A stretch of 64,000 bases of DNA, taken from the NCBI RefSeq assembly GCF_021028975.2, contig NC_059432.1, positions 81,034,001 to 81,098,000 of the forward strand. The letters run 5' to 3'. The first letter of the stretch is position 1, and every line of letters starts with the position of its first letter. Below, piece by piece: positions 1 to 13,381 of this stretch. The notes beneath the pieces were generated by a model that saw only the letters and a list, made by a program, of their open reading frames with translations, did no database searches and had not been told where the DNA came from. Position numbers and translations under genes: made by a program. This DNA is from Sphaerodactylus townsendi (lineage: Eukaryota).

Positions 1-296
1 AGAATAGAATCACTAGTAGAATCTCTTGAGCTTCGCCTCTTCAATCTTAGGATAAAAGATAATGAAAACAGGAACAGAAGTCTGTTTTTTAAATACCTGT
101 GCTCTGTAGGATTCATATTTCCATGGGAAAACACAGTGATCCCTAAAGAGAGTACAGAGCTTCAGTCACACGCTATTATGGCAAATGATAGAAGGCATTT
201 GAAAACAGGTTATCTGTAGATTAAACCACCATCACTACCTACAGTCCTACTTATGCCTAATAAAGGTTATGTTATTGTATTGTATTGTATATCTAC

Positions 297-520
297 NNNN
301 NNNNNNNNNNNNNNNNNNNNNNNNNNNNNNNNNNNNNNNNNNNNNNNNNNNNNNNNNNNNNNNNNNNNNNNNNNNNNNNNNNNNNNNNNNNNNNNNNNNN
401 NNNNNNNNNNNNNNNNNNNNNNNNNNNNNNNNNNNNNNNNNNNNNNNNNNNNNNNNNNNNNNNNNNNNNNNNNNNNNNNNNNNNNNNNNNNNNNNNNNNN
501 NNNNNNNNNNNNNNNNNNNN
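297..520. other. assembly gap (N run)
   Basis: 224 consecutive N. Confidence 1.
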
Positions 521-560
521 CAAGCTGCTGAAATTCCATTATCTTTGCTGACTGCCCTGC

Positions 561-755
561 AGGTGGTGGCCTAGGTGGTTGAGAGAGTGGTTAAAAGTGG
601 TGGACTCTGGGTGGCCTTGGCCCAGTCAAAGTTCTCTCAGAACCTTCTCAGTACCACCTCTCTCACAAAGTGCTAGTTGTGGGAAGGGACTGGGATTATA
701 AGATGCTTTGAGACTCCTTAAAGTAGAGAAAAGTAGGGTATAAAAACCAAACAAA
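561..755 (+). mobile_element. degenerate tRNA-derived SINE (Squam3-like)
   Basis: Resembles the reverse complement of the SINE copies at 1231-1589 and 34589-34858 (gccttggcccagtca, ttgagactcctta, gggtataaaaaccaaac). Confidence 0.55.
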
Positions 756-1230
756 AACAGATACAGGTAACATATATGAGCTGTGACCTTACCAAACTTC
801 CCTGTCATCACATTTAGGTCTTCAAGAACAGAAAATAGCATTTACATTTAAGTCAGGAGTCAAAAACAAATGCTACATCAGGAAACAAATCTTCAATTAC
901 TATTTGATCCAACATGTAAGATTAAATATATATCACTACTACTAAAAGTCTACACTTCTTTCCTGAAGCCTTAATGCAAATATGACTTGAACTGACATGA
1001 AACAATTAACATCATGTGAGGAGAAGAAGTAGAATAAAATTTGGGAAGATACCACAGCAAGCCAAAAAGTGAACAATTTACATCAGAATAAAACTTAACT
1101 CCTATCAGTCTTTGGGAACACTGAGAGAATATGAAACATCTTTTTAGACAATATGGAACATCTCTGAATATAGGTTCAAGCAGATAACCAGTCAGAGAAA
1201 ACTCTTCCATACAGTATTATATTATTAATA

Positions 1231-1589
1231 AAGAAGAAGAAGAAGAAGAAGAAGAAGAAGAAGAAGAAGAAGAAGAAGAAGAAGAAGAAGAAGAAGAGGA
1301 GGAGGAGGAGGAGGAGGAGGAGTTTGGATTTATACCCCCCTTTCTCTCCTGTACAATCTCCTTGCCCTTCCCCCCTCACAACAAACACCCTGTGAGGTAG
1401 GTGGGGCTGAGAGAGCTCCAGAAAGCTGTGACTAGCCCAAGGTCGCCCAGTTGGCGTGTGTGGGAGTGCACAGGCTAACCTGAATTCCCCAAATAAGCAT
1501 CCACAGCTCAAGAGGCAGAGCTGGCAATCAAACCCGGTTCCTCCAGATCAGAGTGCACCTGCTCTTAGCCACTACGCCACTGCTGCTCC
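1231..1589 (-). mobile_element. tRNA-derived SINE (Squam3-like) with (CTC)n(CTT)n tail
   Basis: The minus strand begins GGAGCAGCAGTGGCGTAGTGG (Pol III A box) followed by GGTTTGATTGCC (B box). The tail is the (AAG)n(GAG)n microsatellite at 1231-1321. A second copy lies at 34589-34858. Confidence 0.8.
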
Positions 1590-2702
1590 CCAATTAATAT
1601 AACCAATTAAAATTTAACCAGGGCTCATTCCTTGGCTCCATAAAAAACTCAAAATATTAGTAGTAGAAGTAGGGAGCCAGGGAAAAACGAAGTCAAAAAG
1701 TAGATGGAAAATCTCCTTTTCTCAGCAACTACAGGATGCTAAATAAGGTGGATAGCACAGGCTTCAAGACAGGTTAATATGACATGTAGCGGACATTACC
1801 TACAAGCAACATGTAGGAGAGAGGGATATACATGTTACTGGTAGCCACCGTAGCCACCAGCGGCAGACTGCCTCACGTGACCGTGAATATACAACTTTCA
1901 CTCTGAAAGTTTTTCCACTTACATAAATCAGGCAGACTGAAACTGGCACATCTTTCTCATTCTATTCTATACTATCACCAGTCAATGAAACTGCTTTAAG
2001 GAGTTTTTTTCCCTCCTGTGCTTGACGATAGCAAAGATTCCATCCAAACTTTTGTTCAATAAAGATTTATATGAAACAGGCTTTGAATACGTAACATTCC
2101 TCTTGTGAGTTTCAAGCCCTGAGGCTAAAAGTACCATCCAACCATTCACTCTTCCATCTTGAGAAGCATTCCTTACCTAGTTCAAAGGCCTGAAATAACG
2201 CATGTCCCAGCTGCATGCCTGCACACCTTTTCCCTTGCAGAAACGTGCAAGGTACAAACGTTGAATGAAGAAAATATTTATTAAAGTTTAAAAACTGCTG
2301 AAACAATTTAAAAAACTGTTGATTGTATCAAATGAAACAGAATTTTTTATTCAAGTATGCAACGATGCTAATTAAATGCAGTACAACATTTAAATATTCA
2401 TGCATTTAACAGCCTTATTACAGTATGTGCTGTGCAGGAGCTCCAGGATATATATGGAGCTCCAGGGAGAATACAGCCTTCCTTGTTCACTGTACTGGGA
2501 CATACATGCTGAGCTCTCCCTGAAAGTACATTGAATGGGGAATCCCTAACACATATGGACCCTGGAGACTCAAACTAGGCTGATTGACTATAATGCACAT
2601 ACCCGAAGTATAAATTTTCACCATTTTAACTAGCAAAAAAGAGGGCTTGCATTTGCAAGAGTGGAAGAGCAACATCTTATCAGATATCCATAACAGTAAG
2701 AT

Positions 2703-2832
2703 TCTGACCTGGATAGCCCAGCCTACCCTGATCCTGTCAGATCTCAAAAGTTAAGCAAGATCAACCCTGGCAAGTATGGGAGATATCCAAGAAATACCAG
2801 GATCCTGCAGTGAAGGCAGGCAGTGGCAAACC
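2703..2832 (+). mobile_element. 5S rRNA-derived SINE fragment (5S-Sauria-like)
   Basis: ccctgatcctgtcagatctcaaaagttaagcaagatc...gggagatatccaagaaataccagg resembles the 5S rRNA internal control region and is followed by a Sauria-SINE-like ggcagtggcaaacc. Related copy at 8013-8100. Confidence 0.6.
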
Positions 2833-3656
2833 CCACCCCCCACCCCTTCCCGGCTGAATTAACAGAAGTGCCTTCTGCTAATGCCATAGCATATTTTGAA
2901 ACTCTGTTTCATCCCTTGCCATTGGCAAGGTCTGCTTACCAAACATAACTAAACAGTACTTTGTATCTGATGTCCACTCACTCAATTCCTTTAATATTTG
3001 AATATTAATAAACATGTCAAATATGTTTATTTGTGACATTTAAAAATAAGATATCAAAATATTTGGCCACCTGCTCCATTTTTCCACTTACTCAAGTTGG
3101 ATAGGAGTAAAGTGAAATTGTGGATCTGTGTGAGAGAGAGACAGAGAGGAGGAAGTAAAAAAAACATATCCATTGTTTTCTAACCTCTAGGCAAATAGGC
3201 CCTGTAAGTGTCTATTTACATGAGAAGATGATTGAGTTCTCCATCATGATTCTATTTGTATGCCTTTATTTAAGTTTTCTTTTTAAAAAATAAATAAATC
3301 CAAAATTGGTCCTTGCAAGCTCAGACGCAAATAGTCTTCCACAGAAGAGGGGAAGTAAAATAAATCATTGCAAATTACACATACTTTTGCCAGCAATAAG
3401 GTGAATGCAAGGTCTGTAACAATCTGTGATTTTATCCTTTGCTGAACTTGAAATCATAGAAAGATCAAATCTGAAGTTGCTGTCAGTTGGGGCTGGGGAT
3501 GAAGATGCAAAAGAAAAAAGGAAAGTGAGGAGCCAACCTGGGGGCGCTGGGGTGGGGAAATCTGAAAGTCTTAGGAAATTACTCCTTCCCTTGTGTAAAA
3601 ACAGAAAAAGGAAAGAAAAAAGTTGATGTTAACCATATCACAATATGTGAAGGGTA

Positions 3657-3970
3657 GAGGACAAATGCAGAAGTCTTCAGTCGCATAAAACCAGATACAT
3701 CACTAGAAGGGAAAATAACCAGGCTCAGACTTACATACTTCGGTCATGTGATGCGATCAAATTCGCTAGAAAAATCTATGATGCTCGGACTTGTCAATGG
3801 CGGGAGAAGACCTGGACAACAAAGAATAAGATGGCTAGATACCATAAAAACTGATACAGGCATGAGCATCAACCAGCTGAAGGAAGCAGAACTTAATCGA
3901 AAAAAGTGAAAAGAGCTTGCATATCGGGTTGCCAAGGGTCAAGAACGACTGAATGGATAACATCATATCA
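3657..3970 (+). mobile_element. RTE/BovB-clade LINE 3' fragment
   Basis: Translates as RTNAEVFSRIKPDTSLEGKITRLRLTYFGHVMRSNSLEKSMMLGLVNGGRRPGQQRIRWLDTIK, a typical RTE ORF C-terminus, with an in-frame stop further on. Confidence 0.85.
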
Positions 3971-6900
3971 GAGGACATTTCTGGTTGCTTTGACATATTT
4001 TTCTCCCCAAACAGTTAAGGAGAAAGGATGAAGGGAGGCCAAAAGTACACTACGCACACCCTCCTGCAATTTTGCTCCTAACTGAGCCCACTCTGTTATG
4101 TTGCCTTCATCAGCAACTTCCCTGTTCCGTCTTCCCAATTTATTCTAGCACTCAAAAACCAAAAAGGTTCATGAGCCAAGCTTTCTGAGGGGGAAATCAA
4201 TAGAGTAGCTTTTTGGTTCCTGAGTGCTAGAGTAAATGTTCTTGGTGGGTCTGTGTTCTCTCGTGTTAAGTTAGCTCGCCGGCTGAACTGTTTGCCATGG
4301 CCACAGGCCAGTTCCCCTGCCCCCCCCCGGGAGATTGGGGAGAGTAGGAGCTGGCCTGCCATCACAGCACATGTCCAACACGCCCCCTTGAGCCCCACCC
4401 TCCCTCGGCCTCCCTGCTGGCTCCCATAAGTGGCGCATGGGGACGCGGGGTCCAGGCAGGGGGAGGGGGCACAGATATCCGGTCATATCCCCGGGCACTT
4501 TTTAGGCCCAGTACACCACTGTTCTGAATACCACAATGTAGGAAGAAATACAACAGTATGGAAGTCAGTTTCACACTTTGTCGTGACAGGCTATTGCTGG
4601 AAGCAGAATGCTAGACTACATAATTTCTTTGGAAGGTGGACTGTAAGGCATTATATCCCTTTGAAGTCCCTCCAACCCCTTCCCTCCTCAGGATCCACCC
4701 TCAAAATCTCCAGGTATTTCCCACTCTGCATCTGGCAACCTTAATACCAGGTCTGAGAAGAACCAAGAAACACAATGAAATCAGAAAACTGAGTTAATTG
4801 GCTTGGCTCAACATGAGGCTTTTCATATTCTTCTGTATTTGTGTTTCCATTTGTTCACAGGAGAAAGGGTTGGACAATATTGGAGTTTACAGTAACCCTG
4901 AGTAGAATCACACACACAAAAACTTCAAATAAAATTAATGTGATGTGTAACACTCTGCCTTAATGGCAAGCTGAAGACTTAACTCCTCTCCTACACACAC
5001 ATGAAATAGTAAAAATGTTAACTTATTGCAGGGGGAAGGAATTATAAATGCAAGGATTAAAAAAAGTACAGGAATACAAGAGCTGTAAGTTTTGGAGTAA
5101 TTAGAAGGAAATCACCCTAGGATATCATCAATCCTGGAGCCAAGCAATACAGATATTATTAACATTAAATTATTTAAAACAATGGATACTGACATTTAGC
5201 ACATGACAACATAGTCCCATTTTCCTTTGGGGAGTTCATGCAATTATGCAAACAATAATGATGAATAAGCACTCTCAACATAACCAGGCATGAGAAAGGA
5301 AGCCACTTCTGACATCCATGTCATATACAAAATGGACAGAGATCTTACGTTGGCATGGAACAGGGTGCACGTGTGCAAGAAACTGAACCTTCCTCTCCTT
5401 GTCTTACTACCCATGTTATATTGCCCCAGGCATTTTTCACCTCCCCCACCTCTGATATCAGAACACATAAGCAGTCCCAAGGTGGGACTTAAATCAGGCC
5501 CCAGGATCTGGGAACTTGTGCCATGGGGCCAGTTGCGATAGAGAAGGTAGGGAAGCTCTGGGGCCCATGACACCCAACAATGTCATCTGGACTATAATCT
5601 CCACTTCAGCTATAGGCATGGGACAATCCGGATACCTCAGGATCTCTCTTCTTCAACCTAGACCAATCCTACCCAGAATGAGTTTAAGATTACCCTTCCT
5701 AACAGCACAATCCAAATCTCTGGATTGCACTGTGGTGGCCTGAGGCTAAGCAGCGAACATGGCACTGCACCTCCTCCAACGGGTTTTCCAGAGGCACAGG
5801 GAAGGAGAAAAAAGCAAAAACCCTCCCTGCTGCATAGCCCTCCATTGGAACCAATGGACCCCACCCAGGAAGGAGTCACGGTGCAACTGACCTCAAACCT
5901 GGGGTGGAAGACTACTAATACTGGCTCGACCCCCAGGATCACCCCTGCTTACCTTCCTCCATGCTTATCTTACACAGCTCCACTGCAGTCAGGACTTCCA
6001 CCTTTTGTTGCAGCAGGGTTGATGGGCAGCCAAGCACTGGGGTCTTTGCCCCCTCTGCTTGGACCGGTAGAGGGCACAAACATGCTGGCGCATCCCTCCA
6101 CTGGATCCTGTGACTGATTCCCCTCTCCCATCTGGATTGGGATGTAATAGTATCTCCCAGTGACTTTATCTCCTGTCTCTGTTTCTCAAACTGTCATCTA
6201 CCTGTTTTTCACATAATCTCCTCACACACACACGTGCGCGCACACACACACACACGACTGATCCAAGGTAACCTACCCCACAGTACTAATGAATGAAGTA
6301 CAAATGAATGAAGCAGACATGTCAACAACAAATTAGCTGTCCTCTTAATGTCTACCATGGCACCAAGAGAGATAAATGTGAAATCAGGAATGAAGAATGA
6401 AAGGGCTAATACACTATTTTCAAACAGCAATACACTACTGTTTTATTGAGGCTACAATTGTACATTTGATAGTGCATAAATAGAAATAGACCTTAGAATA
6501 AGATGTCATGGATTTTACTAATATCTCTAATATTTTATCTCTAAGATGTCATGGATTTTACTAATATACTGAAAAAGTATAATGATAAATAAAACAGTAT
6601 ATCTACTTTTTCACTATCTTTCCATTAGCACTGTGAAGTTTTATAAACAAATCAGCAAAACTTACAATTGAACAAGTAAATTTGACCCAGATATATCAAA
6701 TGTGATCAGAGATATATACCTCAAGCTATTTCAGTTCATTTTAGTACACACATTAAATGCCTTTTAACTATTTATACTCAGCATTAGTTAAAATCTGTCA
6801 CATCAATAGATTAATTGTTAATGATGTTTACCAAACAGAACTTGTACTGCTTATTCTTTGAATAATTGAATTTCACAACACTGCTTATAATCCATACTTT

Positions 6901-8012
6901 ATTCACAATGACCCCCATATTGAATTAAGCAATAATGGCATATAGTCAAGAAAGCAAGATTTCAGTTTCATCATTCTGGCAAACTGGGAATGCAGCCCTA
7001 TTTGTAAACTACTGTCTTTTGCTGTGTTCTATAAAACACACTAAAAAAATGATTGAAACTGGTAATTGTTAAACAAGACGTTCCTTATCAAGATTTTCCA
7101 TTTAAACAAACTTTTCAGCAGACTTTTAATTTTTTGGTTGGTTTTCTACCAACATTTTCTTTTTAAAACCACATACAAATTGAACACTCAAATAGCGGGA
7201 GAAATTCAATCATTCATTTTTTATAGATTTTATAAAATAGATTTTGCTGCCATTTGTTTCAGGGGAACAGAATTAGATATTGGAATAGTCTGAATGAATG
7301 GGTATGTAATATGCCCAAAACCAGAAGAGAGATCCATTTTCAAACAGATCCACCCTTAGATACAAGGACATCACTGTTGGTTACATTTGCAATAAGTATA
7401 GAAGATGGACAATAAATTCAGTTCCAAATAGTAGAAACATATATAATCACACAACCCCACATGAAATATCAGATCCAAATGAAGAATATAATCAGATATA
7501 CGAAGTCCTAGTGGGTAAATGGAAGCACTGGGTGTCCTCTACACAAACATATTTTTCCGCTCATTTCCCCTCGCCATGGCCTTTACATTTCTACATAAAA
7601 TGCAGGAAATCTCTTAATGCCATTATATCCCTCTTCCTTCAAAGGCATGACTAAACAAAACAGCTTTCACTTCCTAGATAACTGTGCAATCCTAGTCTCA
7701 GCCGCAGCGCTCCAAGGCCACAGCTAGAAGTGATAAAACAGAACCTGCAAAAGCGAAAGCTAATGCCCCCCACCCCCCCCACATCACGACACCTAGGCAG
7801 TATTATACCCTTCTAAAGCCACTGATTTCTTAAAAGGATGTAACTATTTAGGATTGGACAGCTTGTGAACTTCTGATGGCAGGAGGCACCTAGAACACAA
7901 TATCAGCTGAAGACATCAGCACATCTACAGGCCCTTGAGAGAGTAGGCAATCCTTTAGTTGCCCTTCTGAGTCTTTATGTTTCTTTTTAACCCAAAGGTA
8001 GTATGAAAATGC

Positions 8013-8100
8013 TCTGACCTGGACAGCCCATGCTAGACCAATCTTGTCAGATCTCAGAAGCTAAGCAGACTGATCCTGGTAAGCATTTGGATGGGACACC
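8013..8100 (+). mobile_element. 5S rRNA-derived SINE head
   Basis: cttgtcagatctcagaagctaagcagactgatcctggtaagcatttggatgggacacc closely follows the 5S rRNA A-box/C-box region. Confidence 0.65.
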
Positions 8101-8440
8101 TGCCACTTCTGCCACACCTGCTGCCCCTGCCACTTCTGCCATCCGTGCAGCTTGCCCACTGTTTCTGCTGCCCCTCTGACGCTTCTGCCACCAGCCCGCC
8201 CCTGCCTCCTCTGCTGCCTGTCTGCTGCCTGACACCCTCCTGCCACTTGCCCGATATTTCTGTCACCTGCTTGATGCTTGCCTGCCACTTCTGCTGCCCA
8301 CCTGCCGCTCCTGCCACCCACCTGCCAGTCCTGCCGCCTCCAGCCCGCACTTCTGCTTCCCACCTAACACTTGCTGGCTGCTTCTGCCACTCCCTGCCGC
8401 CCCCACTGCCACTAACCTGCCGCTTCACCCGTCACTTCTG
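8098..8440. repeat. degenerate (CTGCCACTT/CTGCC)n minisatellite
   Basis: Repeated ctgccacttctgcc-like units; these explain the overlapping low-complexity ORFs here. Confidence 0.8.
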
Positions 8441-9829
8441 CTGTGATTTCAAAACTGTGGGGGTGGGCATAGTTGTGGAAGTTGGCACAGCTGTGGGGGG
8501 TGCAAGAGTACGATAAACGTAATTACTTAAGGAGATTGGCTAATTTGCCAAAAAAAAATTATATTTCTTTATGTGTGCAATGGTGATTGTTGCAATTTGT
8601 TGTCAGTTTTTGTTTGGTGCAGTTCATTTGTCTCTGTTCTCTCCTCTCTCATTATGTGTAATTTTTTTCAGTAGTAAATAACTGTTGTTTTAATTATTAG
8701 GGTTAGGTAATTGTTGTTTTAGGGTGAGGTGGTCCTTTGTCATAGTCACTGGATCTTTTGCTTCTATTATGTTGTTTATATTATTTTTTAAATTATATCA
8801 TATGTTTTTATAGTTTCTACTATTTTAATTATATTTTCAACATGTGGGCATCTTTCTGTGTGGGCAACTTTCCAAGTGAGAATTTTTCCGTGTGGGCATC
8901 CATGACTGTGGGGTTTTTTCCTGTGGACTTTTTCATGGAACAGCCATTCCCACATTGTTGCTAAACTCACCTCGTCACACCAAATCTTGCAGGTGTAGTT
9001 AAAACCAGCCTTTGAGCTGCTGGGGGTGGGGTGGGGGACATCAGACTTGCTGGTGGGCAGTCCAGACTCAGTATTAATCCCCCAAAGGGCAGAGGCTCAG
9101 CACTGACTCCGGATGCAGTGCAATCCTGATGGGTGGGTGGGTGGGTTGGTTTTATATACTGCCCTACCGCCAGAGGGCTCTGGGCGGTGCACAACATAAG
9201 TTCACAACAAGATACAACCAGAACAGATGGAGCAAATAAACAAATACAGAATGTAATAAATAACACAGGCTCCATTAACTGTAAACTAAAACCCCATTAA
9301 AATACAGCAGTCAATACAGTAAAGCGGCATCCAGCAACAAAACCCTTATTAAAAACCCTCCCAAGGAGGAGGGGGTAACAGTGGGTCCCATTGATGTTAA
9401 AGGGACCCCAGGTGTAAGGAATTACACCCTTCTAAGTCCACAGAAGTAGATAAACTTAATTCATTCAGGATTGCACTGTAAACTAGGCATCTGATTAGCA
9501 AAGGAAAACATAAACAAGTGCAATTGTTCGGACTTTCATATTGTTGCAATGCATAAAAATTGGGTATCTTACAGCTCTTCAAGTCACTGGTGCCCTAAAG
9601 CTACAAACACTTTGGTAGCTTTCATCCTCAGAAGTACATCAGTCTCTTGAATATATGTAAATCGCAATCATAACTGTTGTTTTCTTTAATATACTACTCC
9701 ACCTTAACCACAAAAGATTTTAACTGAGAGCTAGTTAACCTAGCTTCAGAAGGAAAACTCTGAGCCATTTCACAGACATGTTATGATTGTCACAAGTCTC
9801 AATTGGCAGGCTTCCTAAAACTGCACATA

Positions 9830-10153
9830 CCGTGTCCCCCCCCCCCCAATAATACAGGATCTTATATTAATTTTGCACCAAAAGATGCATTAGGGTTTAT
9901 TTTCAGGGTAGGGTTTATTTTAGGGGAAATACGGTATCTTCACAATTCATTAAGGCGGGCTCTCGGAAGCCCCGTTGCTTCCCCGTCACATGTGATGCAA
10001 GCTGCATCCTCATTGGCAGGGAGCACCCTGCTGGATAACACCATCCTGATCTGTAACTACAGGTAGGTCTTAATTCTGGAGTAGGGCTTATATTTTAAGC
10101 CTCCTCCAAAAATCCTAAAAATCATGATGGGGCTTATTTTCAGGAAAACACGG
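9830..10153. mobile_element. Tc1/mariner-superfamily (Tc2/pogo-like) MITE
   Basis: Left end TA|CCGTGT; right ends GAAATACGG|TA (9934) and GAAAACACGG|TA (10153); internal gggtttattttc/gggcttattttc repeats. Confidence 0.65.
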
Positions 10154-11984
10154 TAGATATACACACATAGGAAAACCTACAAGTTCATCTTCACAAATGC
10201 AAGCACAGACAGAGACGGTCAGATCAGCTCGTGGCTCCTCTGAAGTCTGTGTCGTACCAGTTCATACAAATATATACCTCAGAAATATTATCATGTCACA
10301 CAATGTGAGTAGAGCTTGCTGCTGGAAACATGTGGAGCTATATGAAACCCAGATATGCCTAGGACCAGTCTTGGAAGCAAGCTCTGCCCTTTCTGCCTAC
10401 AGATTTCATCTAAAAATGCATATTCAGCGCTACAGCCAATCAAAGCTGACTCAATAATGTTAAAAAGGAAGTGTAGGCAGGGAGAAATGCAGCAGCCACG
10501 GTACGTGAACTCCCCCAGTTTGTGCCCCCATCAGAATCTTCCAACTGGCCTGGACTTGTACAAATAAAGAGTGTAAAATACACAACAGATATAAAGGAAT
10601 ACTGTGCCTGCTAATACTTCAGATGTAGACAGAGAATCCAACTCACAAATACTACAGTAAATAAATTATTATTCACCAAGAAAACATAACAGCCTTTACA
10701 GCAGCTATTCCCAGATTAAGAACTGGAGTTTCTCCAGCATAGCCATGGTTCACCAGTTTCCCAGAAGTTGATGTTGTGGCTAAACTGTTTATTTCCAGGT
10801 CAGTGTTTGGATCAACAAATATGGAATGAGCTGGCAAGATTCCTCAGACAAAACTGTGGCTGGGGTTTATTTTATTAGTTCTCTGACTTCAAAAAAGTTC
10901 ATGCATTCGTGAGTGTAGAAATGAAAACGTTGGAGGGAATACATAAGGATGTCTACTGGCCCTGAACCCTGATCTCCATGAGTTCACTCAAACCTCGGAA
11001 TAGAGCAGGCACACAATAGGAGATACTGCAACAGTGAAGAGAAGGGATCATTTGAAGTAATTTTCTCCACCATTCATAGACTGGGTTGGATCTAAAAGGT
11101 TCTTCAAAAAGCAGAAGGTGAGTGCCTTCCAGTCACACGAGGGGTAGAAAAACTTGATCTACTCCCCATCCCACTTCAGATTCCTATTTTTACTCCATGC
11201 TATTTCTCAAAAAACCCTTTCACACAGGAGCAGCATTTCAGAGATCTTAACGGCCAAGATCCGGGAGAGATAAGAAATATATGCTCTGCAAGCAGAGCCC
11301 CACACAAGTTATTTGGATTCAACCCATTCATTCTTTTAGGTCAAACAAAGAAATTGTTTTTAATTCTTTTTTATTTGGTAACATAAAGAACAGATATAAC
11401 AAAGGTTCTCATTCCTTTGTTTCTACAAACAATGAATCAGAACCTGACTTTCACATGTATTTGTGTAGTACAAGACAGTGTTGTAGTTGTGAAAGTTCAG
11501 ACCCTGAACGTATCCAAATCTGTGAAAATCAGCTAATGTGTGTACTTTTTAGATTATGCAGAAGCAGGGGTTTTTTATGATGCACAAGTACTTTAAAATG
11601 TCTCTTATGACATGTTCACAAATTTTCTTAACACTCTTGCTGGCTTACACTGTTCATACTGAGAGGCAAATGACACAATATGTTACTTCATTGTTTACAC
11701 TTGGTAGCCTATGTTCCCTGCAGCCACACAGTTGCTGCAGGGAATTATTTCTGAAAAAAACAAAACACCCCAAACCAGAATTCAAATGAGCTTGCAACAG
11801 CACAGTGAAGTAAGAAAGACCTCCTGGCAACCCCAAAAAACTTTTTTTTTCTCATGTGAAAACTATGCTGATGGAGTTATTTCAATGCCGCTTCACATAA
11901 AGTAGCAAAATAACTGTGAGAGAGGGGGGCAATTAAAGCTGTGAAAGGGGGAAAAAATACGACTCTTTTGCATATCTTTATTTC

Positions 11985-12121
11985 CAGTGGTGGGATTCAA
12001 ATAATTTAACAACCAGTTCCAGTGGTGGGGTTCAAATAATTTAACAACTGGTTGCTTACAAGTACCATTCTAACAACCAGTTCTGCCGAAGTGGTGCAAA
12101 CCTGCTTGAATCCCACCACTG
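11985..12121. mobile_element. hAT-type MITE, 137 bp
   Basis: 16-bp TIR CAGTGGTGGGATTCAA / TTGAATCCCACCACTG and a perfect 8-bp TSD tttatttc (11977-11984, 12122-12129). Confidence 0.9.
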
Positions 12122-13381
12122 TTTATTTCCCTTCCAAAACTAGTAATGTACAGGCAGTAGTGATGTAGTCTGAAAACTGCAGAGTGAGGTATCTCTGTCA
12201 TTCTGTCTATTGCAAGGAATCTGAAAGCAGAACCATAAGACCACTCTGGTATATTAACTGACCCAGATCTTTATGCAGTCCTTTTGCGAAAATGTAACTG
12301 AACAACATTACAAGTAATGCAGCTCTCCTGACTAGCAGCCTCAGCAGAATTACCTAATACTGTTTGTTTCTGATCTTGTGAACACATTTATAACATCAAC
12401 TTCAACCTAAATAAAGAGGCAGGGCTCTAAAGCATCAACACAGTTAACTATCTAAACTGGCCCACTACTGCTTGTGACAATGAAGTTACGTTTGTAAGAG
12501 AATACTATCCCAGGCCAAACAGTACTGTCAGTTCAAACACTGTTACTTGTCTGTGCCTGTTAACAAATTAAACAAAAACGCACCAGGTCTAAAATCTGCA
12601 GAGGGAGTTCTTCTACAGACATAACTGGACTCATGCCCTGAGCAGAACATACATAAATGCTTAGTGCCAGCATCTACTGGTTTCCATGCACGCACACAAA
12701 GCATGGCAGCAAAATAACTTTCTCATAAAGCAGAAAAAGAGCAATATAAGAGGATTAGGAAACAAAAATACTCTTGACTTTAAGACGTTTTAAGAATTAC
12801 ATTTTTCAGTCTGTGGAAGCTGAGCAGAACAAGTAACCACTACTGAAAAACCACAGATTCTTTATCTGGTAAAGGAAAAGAAACATGACAACTCAGATAT
12901 TACAAGGCCTAAATAAGAAGGGAGAACTAAAAGCATTTTTTTTTTGCTTTTCTATCACCTGATATGGATAACTTACATTTACTTACTATACTGACAAGGA
13001 CACACATTATGCAAATGTATACGGAATGAAAAAGAATGGTTTATTGCTTTGGAAGAAGGTTAATAAATTGCAAATAATGAGATTAGGGCAAACGATATAA
13101 TGTGTGCTGCATAAAGTACAATGGGATTATGGATGCTGCATATTCACAGCTTGACTTAGATGGTCACAGTTTCTGACTTCTTATCAGGTTGATTCTATCT
13201 TGTAGAAGGATGTTCTTCAGGGCTGTAGACCAAATTTGTGAGCAGAGAACAGCAGGGCTAAGAGACTCAAAGGAGGGAAGTGACTTCATCCTACAGTGAG
13301 AAGGAACTGAACATTAAGATTTAATTCCCCTTCTCTGCAAAATGTAGGAAAGTGTTCTAAAAGATCTTGGTTCTGTTAGAT

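Noticed and set aside
253-574. ORFs spanning the first N run (and 34356-34670 spanning the second)
   Set aside because: Artefacts of translating assembly gaps.
8040-8100. 5S rRNA gene (also near 2725-2800)
   Set aside because: Partial and diverged, with SINE-like flanks; not a full 120-nt gene.
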